60,000 nucleotides of DNA, taken from contig CM075993.1 of NCBI GenBank assembly GCA_038087875.1, forward strand, positions 622,001 to 682,000. Direction: 5' to 3'. A model generated the notes under the pieces. That model did not search any database. It had not been told where the DNA came from and saw only the letters and a list, made by a program, of their open reading frames with translations. Shown here one piece after another: positions 24,820 through 35,790 of this stretch. Positions within the stretch are counted from its first letter, which is position 1. The number at the start of each line of letters is the position of its first letter. Made by a program: the position numbers and the translations under genes. This DNA comes from Malacoraja senta (lineage: Eukaryota).

Positions 24820-25810
24820 TGTTGGCTGTGTGTGTGTGTTGGCTGTGTGTGTGTGTGAGTGTGTTGGGTGTGTGGGTGTTGGGTGTGTGGGTGTTGGGTG
24901 TGTGGGTGTGTGAGTGAGTGTGTTGGCTGTGTGTGAGTGTGTTGGGTGTGAGTGTGTGGGTGTGTGAGTGTGAGTGTGTTGGGGGTGTGAGTGTGGGTGT
25001 GTGTTGGGTGTGAGTGTGTTGGGTGTGAGTGTGTTGGGTGTGAGTGTGTTGGGGGTGTGTTGTGTTGGGTGTGTGGGTGTGTGAGTGAGTGTGTTGGCTG
25101 TGTGTGTTGGGTGTGAGTGTGTTGGTGGGTGTGTGTGTTGGGTGTGTGGGTGTGAGTGAGTGTGTGGCTGTGTGTGTTTGGCTGTGTGTGTGGTTGTGTG
25201 TGTGTGTGTGTGTTGGGTGTGAGTGTGTTGGGTGTGAGTGTGTTGGGTGTGTGTGTGTTGGGGGTGTGAGTGTGTTGGGTGTGAGTGTGTTGGGGGAGTG
25301 AGTGTGGTGGGTGTGTGTGTGTTGTGAGTTTGTTGGGTGTGAGTGTGTTGGGGGTGTGAGTGTGTGTGAGTGTTTGGTGTGAGTGTGTTGGGGAGTGAGT
25401 GTGTGGGGGTGTGGTGTGAGTGTGTTGTGAGGTTTGGTGTTGTGAGTTTGTTGGTGTGAGTGTGTTGGGGGTGTGAGTGTGGGTGTGATTGGGTGTGTGT
25501 TGGGTGTGAGTGTGTTGGGGGTGTGAGTGTGGGTGTGTGTGAGTGTGGGTGTGAGTGTGTTGTGAGTGTGTTGGGTGTGTGTGTTGGTGTGAGTGTGGGT
25601 GTGAGTGTGAGTGTGTTGGGGGTGTGAGTGTGGGGTGTGAGTGGGTGTGTGTGAGTGTGTGTGGGTGTGAGTGTTGGGGGTGTGAGTGGGTGTGGCGTGT
25701 GAGTGTGTTGGGGTGTGAGTGTGGGTGTGAGTGTGTGTGTGTTGGGTGTGTGTGTGTTGGGGTGTGAGGTGAGTGTGTGGGGGTGTGGATGTGGGTGTGA
25801 GTGTGTTGTG
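24820..25810. repeat. GT-rich low-complexity repeat
   Basis: gtgagtgtgttgggtgt-type units. Confidence 0.9.
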
Positions 25811-26060
25811 GCCCACGTGGGGAGTGCTAGGTGGGTGAAAGAGCTGTCCTTTGACAGATGAGCGGGTTGTCATGTCTGTACATGGATCGCTTGCTCTAAT
25901 CCGTAACTCTGGCTTTCTTTGTTTCTCCTCCACTTCATCCTCCTGCATCACTGCTTTCCCCACCTCGCTCTGCCTTCTCTTCCCCCTCCTTGCTCAATTC
26001 ACCATTTACTTTTTCACAAACATTGTTTAATTTATCCCTCAAATCCTTTTGACCCTTCAG

Positions 26061-26279
26061 ATGTTTATTTATTTGATCTTTTCAATAATCCATACACTCC
26101 AGTACCAGACCCCAGCCCCATGATGCCCCCGGTTGGTGTACAGGCCACTGTGCTGACCCACGACACCATCCGTGGTTACCTGGGCAGACAGCTCGCTGCC
26201 CAAGAACCAGAAGATCACCGACTCCCGTTCCTACACGGTGCGCTGGAAAACCAACTACCCCGCCAACACCAAGTACAAG
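26061..26279 (+). CDS. NEO1: Neogenin exon, FN4-FN5 linker and FNIII-5 (acceptors at 26061 long / 26103 short; apparent +1 frameshift near 26173)
   Basis: [38 protein letters not shown], then after one extra base [35 protein letters not shown]|gtggg. Confidence 0.88.
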
Positions 26280-26677
26280 GTGGGCTGCCAGCCCCCACCT
26301 GCCTCCCACATCTATGCAGGGTGTGGGGGGGTGGGTGTGGGTGGGTGAGGGGGTGAGGGTGTGGGGGGGGGTGGGGTGGGGGGGTGGCGGGGTGGGGGTG
26401 TGTGGTGTAGGGGTGGGTGTGGGGGGGGTGAGGGTGGGGTGGGGTGTGTGTGAGGGGGTGGGGTGGGGTGTGTGGGGGGTGGGTGAGGGGGTGGGGTGGT
26501 GTGGTGGGTTGTGAGGGGGTGGGGAGTTACAGGGTGGGTGTGGGGTAGGTGGTATGGAGGGTGGATTACGCGGTGGGGGGTGGGGTGAGCCTTTGCCCTG
26601 TGAGGGGCTGGATACCTGGTAAATGTGTTCAGCATTCACCCTGTGCACTGACACTGTAAACATGGTTGCTTCCCCAG

Positions 26678-26816
26678 ATGGCAGACACCAACACGCTGAG
26701 CTACATCGTCTCGGTCCTGAAGCCCAACACTCTCTACGAGTTTTCTGTGAAGGTGACGAAGGGTCGGAGGTTGAGCACCTGGAGCATGACGGCACATGGG
26801 ACCACGTTTGAAACGG
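26678..26816 (+). CDS. NEO1: Neogenin exon, FNIII-5
   Basis: tccccag|ATG GCA...ACG G|gtacg; [46 protein letters not shown]. Confidence 0.95.
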
Positions 26817-27327
26817 GTACGGTACATCAAACACAATGGGGATCAGTGATAGACTAACGTGTTGGAGCTGCCGCACCAGTGTGTGTGGGTATGTGTCCAC
26901 AGCACTGTCCCAGGGGGCGGTGTGTGTGGGTACATGTCCCCAGCACTGTCCCCAGGGGGTGACCGCTCCATTGGGCAGCCCCGCTCCGTCCACTCTGCCC
27001 ATCTAGCCCAGCCATATCATACTAACCTGCCTCCCACTGCCAGGCTCACCACACCACCCTCCACCCCAATGCTGCTGAGAGCCAACTGCAAACTAGAGGA
27101 GCAGCATCCACACTGTTTACAGCTCAATGGTGTGAACATTCAGTAATGTGGTGCGGTGCTGTGTGGTGCGGTGGGACGGCAGGTTATGATGAGCCCGCCA
27201 AAGGGAGTAATTGCCAGCTTCACTGTCTCCCATGAGGCGCGGCACTTTAAACACGGCGCCTCTCTGCACCTCGGTCCACGTGACAGTAATAAACCAGAGT
27301 GCCCTTCGTTTCCCTGCCTATCCGCAG

Positions 27328-27435
27328 TGCCCACATCTCCCCCCAAGGATCTGACCGTGGTCAGCAAGGAGGGCAAGCCCAGAACCATCATCGTCAACTG
27401 GCAGCCACCGTCAGAGGCCAACGGCAAGATAACAG
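27328..27435 (+). CDS. NEO1: Neogenin exon, FNIII-6
   Basis: tccgcag|TG CCC...ACA G|gtact; [36 protein letters not shown]. Confidence 0.96.
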
Positions 27436-27454
27436 GTACTGGGCAGGCTGCACT

Positions 27455-27785
27455 CGGGCATGCTGCACGGGGGCCGGGACAGGCTGCACGGGGGCCAGGG
27501 CAGGATCACTGCGAGCCGGGGCTGGGACAGGTTGCACGGGGGCCGGGACAGGCTGCACGGGGGCCAGGGCAGGATCACTGCGAGCCGGGGCTGGGACAGG
27601 CTGCACGGGGGCCAGGGCAGGATCACTGCGAGCCGGGGCTGGGACAGGCTGCACGGGGGCCAGGGCAGGATCACTGCGAGCCGGGGCTGGGACAGGCTGC
27701 ACGGGGGCCAGGGCAGGATCACTGCGAGCCGAGGCTGGGACAGGCTGCACGGGGCCAGGGCAGGATCACTGCGAGCCGGGGCTGT
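27455..27785. repeat. 48-bp GC-rich minisatellite
   Basis: gcacgggggccagggcaggatcactgcgagccggggctgggacaggct x ~6. Confidence 0.9.
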
Positions 27786-28081
27786 GGGGCTGATGCTCAT
27801 CTGTAACTGCAGTGGATAAACAGGGTCAGCTGGGGGTCAGGGAGTGGCCGCAAGAGACCGGTGGGGTCAGGGTACTGGGCATGGGTAGCAGACAGGGGCG
27901 AGGGAGGGGTGGCTACTGGTAGTGTCGAGGGTGTAGGCTTGTACCCACAGAGGGGCAAGTGGTCAGGAATGTTCGTACTTGTGTCGAGGAGTTGTGCATG
28001 GCGTAAGGTTGGAGGTGGAGCGTGGTTTGGCTGTGCCTGTGAATGGGTGGAATATTGTCTGAGCCGTCTCTCTCTCCACAG

Positions 28082-28276
28082 GCTACATCATCTACTACAG
28101 CACGGACATCAATGCCGAGATCCATGACTGGGTGATCGAACCGGTGGTCGGGGACAGACTCACTCACCAGATCCAGGACCTAACGCTCGACACCACCTAC
28201 TACTTCAAGATCCAGGCCCGCAACTCCAAAGGCATGGGCCCCCTGTCCGAGTTCGTGCAGTTTCGTACGCCGAAAG
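28082..28276 (+). CDS. NEO1: Neogenin exon, FNIII-6
   Basis: tccacag|GC TAC...AAA G|gtgag; [65 protein letters not shown]. Confidence 0.96.
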
Positions 28277-28317
28277 GTGAGGGGCCACTCAGCGATGCAG
28301 CGTGTCTGGGCCACAGC

Positions 28318-28752
28318 CCACGGCAGCAGCAGGGGCCAGTGGACAGCAGCAGGGCCCAGTGGACAGCAGCAGGGAGCCAGTGGACAGCAGCAGGGGGGGG
28401 CCAGTGGACAGCAGCAGGGGCCCACGGCAGCAGCAGGGGCCAGTGGACAGCAGCAGGGGGCCAGTGGACAGCAGCAGGGGCCAGTGGACAGTAGCAGGGG
28501 GCCAGTGGACAGCAGCAGGGGGCCAGTGGACAGCAGCAGGGGGCCAGGTGGACAGCAGCAGGGGGGCAGTGGACAGCAGCAGGGGCCAGTGGACAGCAGC
28601 AGGGGCCAGTGGACAGCAGCAGGGGGCCAGTGGACAGCAGCAGGGGGCCAGTGGACAGCAGCAGGGGGCCAGTGGACAGCAGCAGGGGCCAGTGGACAGC
28701 AGCAGGGGCCAGTGGACAGCAGCAGGGGCCAGTGGACAGCAGCAGGGGCCAG
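28318..28752. repeat. 20-21-bp minisatellite
   Basis: gccagtggacagcagcagg(g)n x ~20. Confidence 0.9.
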
Positions 28753-31700
28753 TAGGCTGTGGACCGAGCATCAACAATGTGTCTAGAAATCGATTTCCGT
28801 GACCCACGTCACGGAACTACCTGACATTTCCCACAGATTGAGATGAAATATAATTGAGAAGGAAGACATAACTCGTCAGTGCCAAACGTTGCACATTAAT
28901 TAATTAAACTAATTAGAAAATGAGATCGTGAACGTAAGCGTCATCTAGTGGCCAATGCCCATATTACACCATGGGCAGCCTATTTCCATGTTGCAGTCCA
29001 TTTAAACTATATATTATTATACCTATATATATATGACGTAAATATGACTGTAATCATATATAATTAAGTATAATTATATTATATAAAAATAATATGAATA
29101 TAATTGTGAGTGTTTTTAATGACACTGTCGCAGAGGTCCTGCTCCTGAACCAGCCTAATTAATGGGTGAGGGCAGTTCTTGTGGGTTCCTCCCTTTACTG
29201 AACCCCACTGACTGCCAGTGTGCAGAGTGGGGGGCACCGCCATAGTGGGACTGGGGCAGTTCCAGGCTGGGGGACAGTCCAGCAAGGCATCTTCCAGTCG
29301 CTTTAATAGGAAATGTAATGAGACTGTAGCAGAGGTCCCAGGTTTTAAGGCTCATGAACCTGCCTAATTAAAGGGTCAGGACAGATCCTCTGGGTTCCCC
29401 CGTTTACTGAACCCTACTCACTGCCATAGTGGGGAGAGTGGGGGTAACGGCCATAGTGGGACTGGGGCAGTGCCAGACCTGTAAGAGACCTGTCTTATTT
29501 CTGATGTAAATGTCACATCCTGACCAAGAATCGAATGCTCTGATGTTCACTCGATGAGTATTCATTTTAAGCTACAATGAGCCTATATTTATGTTAGAGA
29601 CCCCCCCCCCCCCCCCCCGATGGTGCCTTTGCAAATGAGGGCTATTACCTTTAACCTAAAATAACCCTAAAAGTGTTGCATTGTTTGAGTGTGTGTGGAT
29701 GGGTGGGTGGACTGTCGCACTGTCATTCACCAGCACGCCATTATCATAAGTAATTCACTCATTGTTTAAATAATTTGACCAAATAAACAGTGAAACGATA
29801 GACATTAAAATAAAACTTTATATAATCATTTATTTCCCCAATTTATTTGTTTACATTACATCTGATCTTCATCTGAATATTCTTCATCAGATTCCAAGTC
29901 TTTTGATAAGTTTTGATAAGTCCATTGATAAGTTAGTTCAAGTTCAGGGTCAGGCAGAGGCTACAAAAAACCCCATCTCATAGTCATTAACTCTGCATGG
30001 ACTTCAATTCATAAAATGTCAACCTCTTCTTAATGTTAATGAGAATAACACTGTTACTACCATAGATAAATTAGTTCAAGTTCACATACACCAATTCATT
30101 TCTACATAAACATCAGCCATTTCTGACCATTTCTCACTCCAATGGAAACCTATAAAGTGCAGTCAATATCCCTCCGTTTTCCTCCCGTGGTCGAGGCCTG
30201 GAAACGGCCGCTACGGACGGCACTATGTACAGCCTCCCCGCCCGCGGAGAAGAACCAAACACACTCTGTGGCTCCGCGTTCGCGAATCGGACGCTTTTTA
30301 ATTGAGACCGCGGCTTCATTATGTTAAGTACATAGGCCCGGTAAGTTAACGCAGGCAGCTCCGAGAATAGATTTTAAAGAAAACTTATTAGACTTCAACA
30401 AGCTGGCATTAGAGAAAATGTTTAATGTACTTTGTTATGGATACACATAGTTTAGGCCCTCAACTTCATGAATGAACGAGTGAATGAATGAATGAATGAG
30501 TGAGTGAGTGAATGAGTGAATGAATGAGTGAATGAGTGAATGAATGAATGAATGAGTGAATGAATGAGTGAATGAATGAATGAATGAATGAATGAGTGAA
30601 TGAATGAATGAATGAATGAATGAGTGAATGAATGAATGAATGAATGAGTGAGTGAGTGAGTGAATGAGTGAATGAATGAATGAATGAATGAATGAATGAA
30701 TGAATGAATGAATGAATGAATGAGTGAATGAATGAATGAATGAATGAGTGAATGAGTGAGTGAATGAATGAATGAGTGAATGAATGAGTGAATGAGTGAA
30801 TGAATGAATGAATGAATTAGTGAATGAATGAATGAATGAGTGAATGAATGAATGAATGAATGAATGAGTGAATGAATGAATGAATGAATGAGTGAATGAG
30901 TGAGTGAATGAATGAATGAGTGAATGAATGAGTGAATGAGTGAATGAATGAATGAATGAATGAGTGAATGAATGAATGAATGAATGAATGAGTGAATGAA
31001 TGAATGAATGAATGAATGAGTGAATGAATGAATGAATGAATGAGTGAGTGAGTGAATGAGTGAATGAATGAATGAATGAATGAATGAATGAATGAATGAA
31101 TGAGTGAGTGAATGAATGAATGAATGAATGAGTGAATGAATGAGTGAATGAATGAATGAATGAATGAATGAGTGAATGAATGAATGAATGAATGAATGAG
31201 TGAATGAATGAATGAATGAATGAATGAATGAGTGAGTGAATGAGTGAGTGAATGAGTGAGTGAATGAGTGAGTGAATGAGTGAGTGAATGAGTGAATGAG
31301 TGAGTGAATGAGTGAATGAGTGAGTGAATGAATGAATGAATGAATGAATGAATGAGTGAATGAATGAATGAATGAATGAATGAGTGAGTGAGTGAATGAA
31401 TGAATGAATGAATGAATGAATGAATGAATGAATGAATGAATTAGTGAATGAATGAATGAATGAGTGAATGAATGAATGAATGTACAGCCTCCAAATCTCA
31501 TTTTTTCACATTATAAAAGGGTGCAATTAAATTAATTAAAGTCCATACAGATTAATTTTCATAAATTCAGACTTGAGATCTTACCTTTCAGTTCCAGTTG
31601 ATTCACAAAGTTTGAGTGGTTTCACAACTTTGTGTTGCAGCACCTCAGCCTGGGGACTTTGCTTTCAAGGCTTTGTTCCACTTCTATCCACTTAGCTGCA

Positions 31701-32036
31701 CATTCTTCAGACTTCTTAATGCTTTTCTCACTAAATTCAATTACCCTGCTGCAAGTTTCCACGACATGTATTCCACAGAACAACAAAGAACCTTCATCGG
31801 AATTTCCAGTAAAACAGGCATCAGTAGAAGCACTCTCAGCCATGATGTGTGCTCCTTGCCTAGCTAGCCTGAAACAAAGCGTTTTTTCTCTAATTTAATA
31901 AAAATGTGCAAGTTTTGTTCTTGACGAGTTTCAGGGATGATTTATATCATAGTTTTACACAATATGCGAAAATTTCATGTAGTTCTGTGAGTTGGGTCAC
32001 GAAACTGCACAAAAAGGCTCCTCGGCCCACAGCCTA
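28753..32036. mobile_element. Non-autonomous DNA transposon, Academ-like (TAG...CTA termini, 3-bp TSD)
   Basis: Left end TAGGCTGTGGACCGAG vs reverse complement of right end TAGGCTGTGGGCCGAG; sub-terminal IR TTCCGTGACCCACGTCACGGAACTAC / GTAGTTCTGTGAGTTGGGTCACGAAA; TSD CAG (28750-28752, 32037-32039); AT-rich interior. Confidence 0.8.
30468..31481. repeat. ~1 kb (TGAA)n/(TGAG)n tetranucleotide microsatellite inside the DNA transposon
   Basis: Direct observation. Confidence 0.95.
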
Positions 32037-32118
32037 CAGTGACTGGTTGTATTTCTGATTATCCTTACGTTGGATTGAAGTGCTTTTGATGTTCTCCCTG
32101 GTGTGTCTGACCCGTTTG

Positions 32119-32151
32119 CTGAGTCAGCAGACAAAGTGGCTCATGACCGAG
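32119..32151 (+). CDS. NEO1: Neogenin alternative juxtamembrane micro-exon (33 nt by homology; 24 or 21 nt if the CAGCAG acceptors are used)
   Basis: (A)ESADKVAHDR G|gtgatt resembles the mammalian 11-aa cassette ADSSDKMPNDQ; symmetric phase 1; preceded by TG, not AG. Confidence 0.7.
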
Positions 32152-32811
32152 GTGATTGCTCTGCTTCTTGTGATTGGTCACCACTCACTCATCTTGTGCT
32201 GTTTCACTCCACAATCCTTTGATCTTTGGACTTTCAGTGTGAACCAGTGTTGTCAGCTCAGTGCTGGGGGCTTGGTGACTCTCTCCCCCAGCCTCACATC
32301 TTTTATTCCCAGACATTCCTTGAGTTGTTACCCAAGGCCCAGACGTTTGTCTCGGTGAGGCCTGGTACCAGGTGGTCAGCACAGGGTCTGGTGTCCGCAT
32401 CTGAACGGGATGAACGCACTGCGTCCCTTGGCAGTGGGAGAGTCTAGGACCAGAGGCCACAGCCTCAGAATAAAAGGACGTACCTTTAGAAAGGAGATGA
32501 GAAGGAACTGCTCTGTGGTTTGGAGACCGAGAGCTGGCCAAGGATGGTCACGTTCGTTCTTCCTTCCCACACCTGACTATTGCACAAATACCCAGTGAAC
32601 CAACAGTGCCATTCAGCAAGGAACTGGGCAGCAATGGGCGCTGGCACCCGGCTGGCACTGGAACACCGAGCCGACCTTGGCTAATGGTGCCTGAGGCAAG
32701 TTTGTCCATTCCTCACTCTGCCCCCGTCTGTGTGCCGGGGCGGTGTAGTTCGTTGTCCCAGTGCATCCTGCCTGTCTGTGTGTGTGTTCACCCATCTCTG
32801 TCTCTTTACAG

Positions 32812-32886
32812 CGCCAGGATCTGGCAAACTCGGCAAACACCCGCCATCCATGGACTTGGGCACCGACACGCGGCACTCCATCGGTG
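32812..32886 (+). CDS. NEO1: Neogenin juxtamembrane exon
   Basis: tttacag|CG CCA...GGT G|gtgag; (A)PGSGKLGKHPPSMDLGTDTRHSIG, similar to ASGSGGKGSRLPDLGSDYKPPMSG. Confidence 0.85.
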
Positions 32887-33183
32887 GTGAGTAGCAGTCA
32901 CCTTCTCTCCCCCTGGACCCAGCCCCTCACCACTCTCCTCGCACAGCCCCTCTCAACCCACACACCGCCCCTTCTCCCCAGTGACCTCATGACCTCCAGT
33001 GACCTCACGATCTCCAGTGACCTCATGACCTCACGACCAGTGACCTCACGATCTCCAGTGACCTCACCACCTCGTGACCTCGCATCCCTCGGTGACCTCC
33101 CGACCCCGCTGTGACCCTGCATCCCCCGGTGCCCCCCGTCCTGTGATCCTGCCCCCCCCTCACGGCCGATGTTTCGCCCACAG

Positions 33184-33328
33184 GTCATAGCCCCCACGGC
33201 AGCCCCACCTCCACCCTGGACAGCAACATCATGCTGATCATCATCATCTCTGTTGGGGTCTTCACCATCATCATGGTGGTCATCATCGCCTTCATCTGCA
33301 CCCGCAGGACCAACTACCAGCAGAAGAA
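33184..33328 (+). CDS. NEO1: Neogenin transmembrane exon
   Basis: cccacag|GT CAT...AAG AA|gtgag; [48 protein letters not shown]. Confidence 0.95.
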
Positions 33329-33513
33329 GTGAGCCGGTGGGGTGGGTGGGGGTGGGGGTGGGGGTGGGGTGGGCATGCGGTGGGTGGGGGTGGGGGTGGG
33401 GTTGGCATGCGGTGGGTGGGGGTGGGGTGGGCATGCGGTGGGTGGGGGTGGGGTGGGTACCGTACATAAGCGCGCGGCCTCCTGCACTCACTCCCGCTGC
33501 CCCTCCCCTGCAG

Positions 33514-33746
33514 GAAGCGAGCTGCTTGTAAAGCTGCCAACGGATCCCACAAGTACAAAGGCAACTCGAAGGATGTGAAGCCCCCAGACCTGTGGATCCA
33601 CCACGAACGTCTGGAGCTGAAGCCCATCGACAAGTCCCCCGATCCCAACCCCGTCATGACCGACACCCCCATTCCCCGCAATTCCCAGGACATCAGCCCT
33701 GCGGACAACGTGGACAAAGAGCACACGCGCAGGAACTCTTACCTGG
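33514..33746 (+). CDS. NEO1: Neogenin cytoplasmic exon, P1 motif
   Basis: cctgcag|G AAG CGA...CTG G|gtcag; [62 protein letters not shown]. Confidence 0.96.
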
Positions 33747-34031
33747 GTCAGTCATGGCCACGTGACCCCTCTCCCCCACCCTGGGGTGACAGACGGGTCT
33801 GTGGGTGCCGGGTGGACCCGGGTGAGGGAAGTGGGTGGAGATGGGTGGTTGGGAAGGAGAGAGCGAGGGTGGGTAGGTGGGAGAGAGGGTGGGTGGGTGT
33901 GAGGGTGGGTGCGAGGGTGGGTGCGAGGGAGAGAGGGATTGTGGGTGCGAGGGTGGGTGGGTGGTTTCTGTGCCGGCTCTGCCCGGTTGTGCTGGCTGGA
34001 GTTGTGGGGTGACGGCTGCTTGTGTTCACAG

Positions 34032-34124
34032 GTCGGGAGCAGGAAGACGGCGTGTCATCTCTGAGCAGTCGGCGGGGACTGCGACCCAAGATCATGATGC
34101 CCTTCGATGCTCAGCCTCCACAGC
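34032..34124 (+). CDS. NEO1: Neogenin cytoplasmic exon
   Basis: ttcacag|GT CGG...CAG C|gtacgt; [31 protein letters not shown]. Confidence 0.93.
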
Positions 34125-34224
34125 GTACGTCAGCTGCTTCTTCACTCCCCGGGGTGATGTTCATGCAGAGCGAGCGGGCGGTGAGGGTCTGTCCCCCCAG
34201 AGCGAGAGGGTCACCCACCACCCC

Positions 34225-34445
34225 TCCCTGACCCATGACCACTCCATGACCCCTCCCTGACCCATGATGCCTCCCTGACCCATGACCCCTCCCTGACCCA
34301 TGACCCCTCCCTGACCCATGACCCCGCCCTAACCCATGACCCTTACGGACCCATGACCCCTCCCTGACCCACAACCCTAATGTAACCAGTCAGCGCCTCC
34401 CTGACCCACGACCCCTCGCTGACCCACAGACTCCGTCCCGACCCA
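34225..34445. repeat. 18-bp minisatellite
   Basis: ccctccctgacccatgac repeats. Confidence 0.85.
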
Positions 34446-35640
34446 TGGTCTCGGGGGAAACCCCCTCTCTGTCTGATGACCCCTCCCCCAGCGTTAGGTC
34501 ACCCAGGAGGGCAGCACCACTCACACACACCACATCCCCACATAGTCCGTCTCCACAAATCCCTCTCCATTCATTCCAAAATCACCCGTAGTTGTAAATC
34601 TGTTCAGTGCAATCGAAAGAAATAGATCGTTGATGCCAAATATTTCAGGTCAAAATTCACTGGAAAGTTTCCAACATATTCGGAGAATTTCTATCACGTT
34701 ATTTTAAATGCAGACTCAGGTTTCATTAACATTGTGGAGGTATAATTAATGATAGGACATTGACCAGACCGTGCTGCTGCTGTCTGCTCCCACTGTCACT
34801 GATCACGGGCGTACTTTACTAAAACGTGTTCGGATAACTAACGATCGTGCTGTCAGCTGTTTAAATCCATTTTGTCTGTGGCTTCTGTTGGCTGATAAGC
34901 TGCAAACTCCATTCCAGTCGTGCGTGTTGTGTGTGCGCGTGCGTGCGTGCGAGTGTGTGTGTGACTGCGATTTAAAACGTCTCCAAATAATGACCGTAGC
35001 TAAGGAGATGACAGCAAGCCTCAGTGTGGGGGAAGAAAGGCAGCCTGCAGCAAGCAGTCTGGACACCTGTGAGGACCCTGAGTAGTGTTGTAGAGCAGAG
35101 GGATCTAGGAGTGCAGGTACATAGTTCCCTGAAGGTGGAGTTGCAGGTAGATAGCGTGGGCAAATAGGCTTTCGACACATTGGCCTTCATCAGCCAGAAT
35201 GTTTATAGAACTTGGGAGGTTATGTTGCAGTTGTATAAGATGCTGGTGAGGCCGCATTTACAGTATCATAGAAACATATTGTGGTCAGTTCTGGGCATTG
35301 TATTATGGGAAAGATGTTGTCAAGCTGGAAAGGCCCAGCTTGACATCACCCCAGACGTGGCACCCAGACGTGGGTCCCTGCGTTTTTTGGAAATAGTTCC
35401 ATGAGATTTAGTTCTGAGCAAGGGAGAGGCAGACAGGGCCTTGGTGTAAGGAGAGGTGGAGTGATGGGGATTGAGTTGGGCACCAGCAGGTCTGCAGGCA
35501 CTGTGCGGGCATGGGATTGGAACGGTGGTGTGTCTGGGGTGTGGATGTTGCTTTGACTGTGTCTGGGGCAGTGGGTGGAGTCTGGATCGCTGCAATCAGC
35601 TCTGTGTATGAAGTGCTCTCTGTGTTATGTTCATTCACAG

Positions 35641-35790
35641 CTGTGATTAGTGCCCATCCCATCCATTCACTCGACAACCCTCATCATCATCACCACTGTG
35701 ACGGGCCTTCCTCCCCAACCCGCAGCTACCTCCGCCACCAGATGGCCGCCCGCCCACTCGCCTCTTCATTAGACAGGGCCAATTCCACAG
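35641..35790 (+). CDS. NEO1: Neogenin alternatively spliced His-rich cytoplasmic cassette exon
   Basis: ttcacag|CT GTG...ACA G|gtgag; (P)[49 protein letters not shown]; 150 nt, symmetric phase. Confidence 0.93.

Noticed and set aside
27436..27806. In-frame read-through from the FNIII-6 exon into the 48-bp repeat (possible secreted isoform)
   Set aside because: Canonical donor at 27435/27436; a GC-rich repeat lacks stops by composition; no nearby poly(A) signal seen
30452..31501. 349-aa (HSFI)n ORF
   Set aside because: Translation of the (TTCA)n microsatellite
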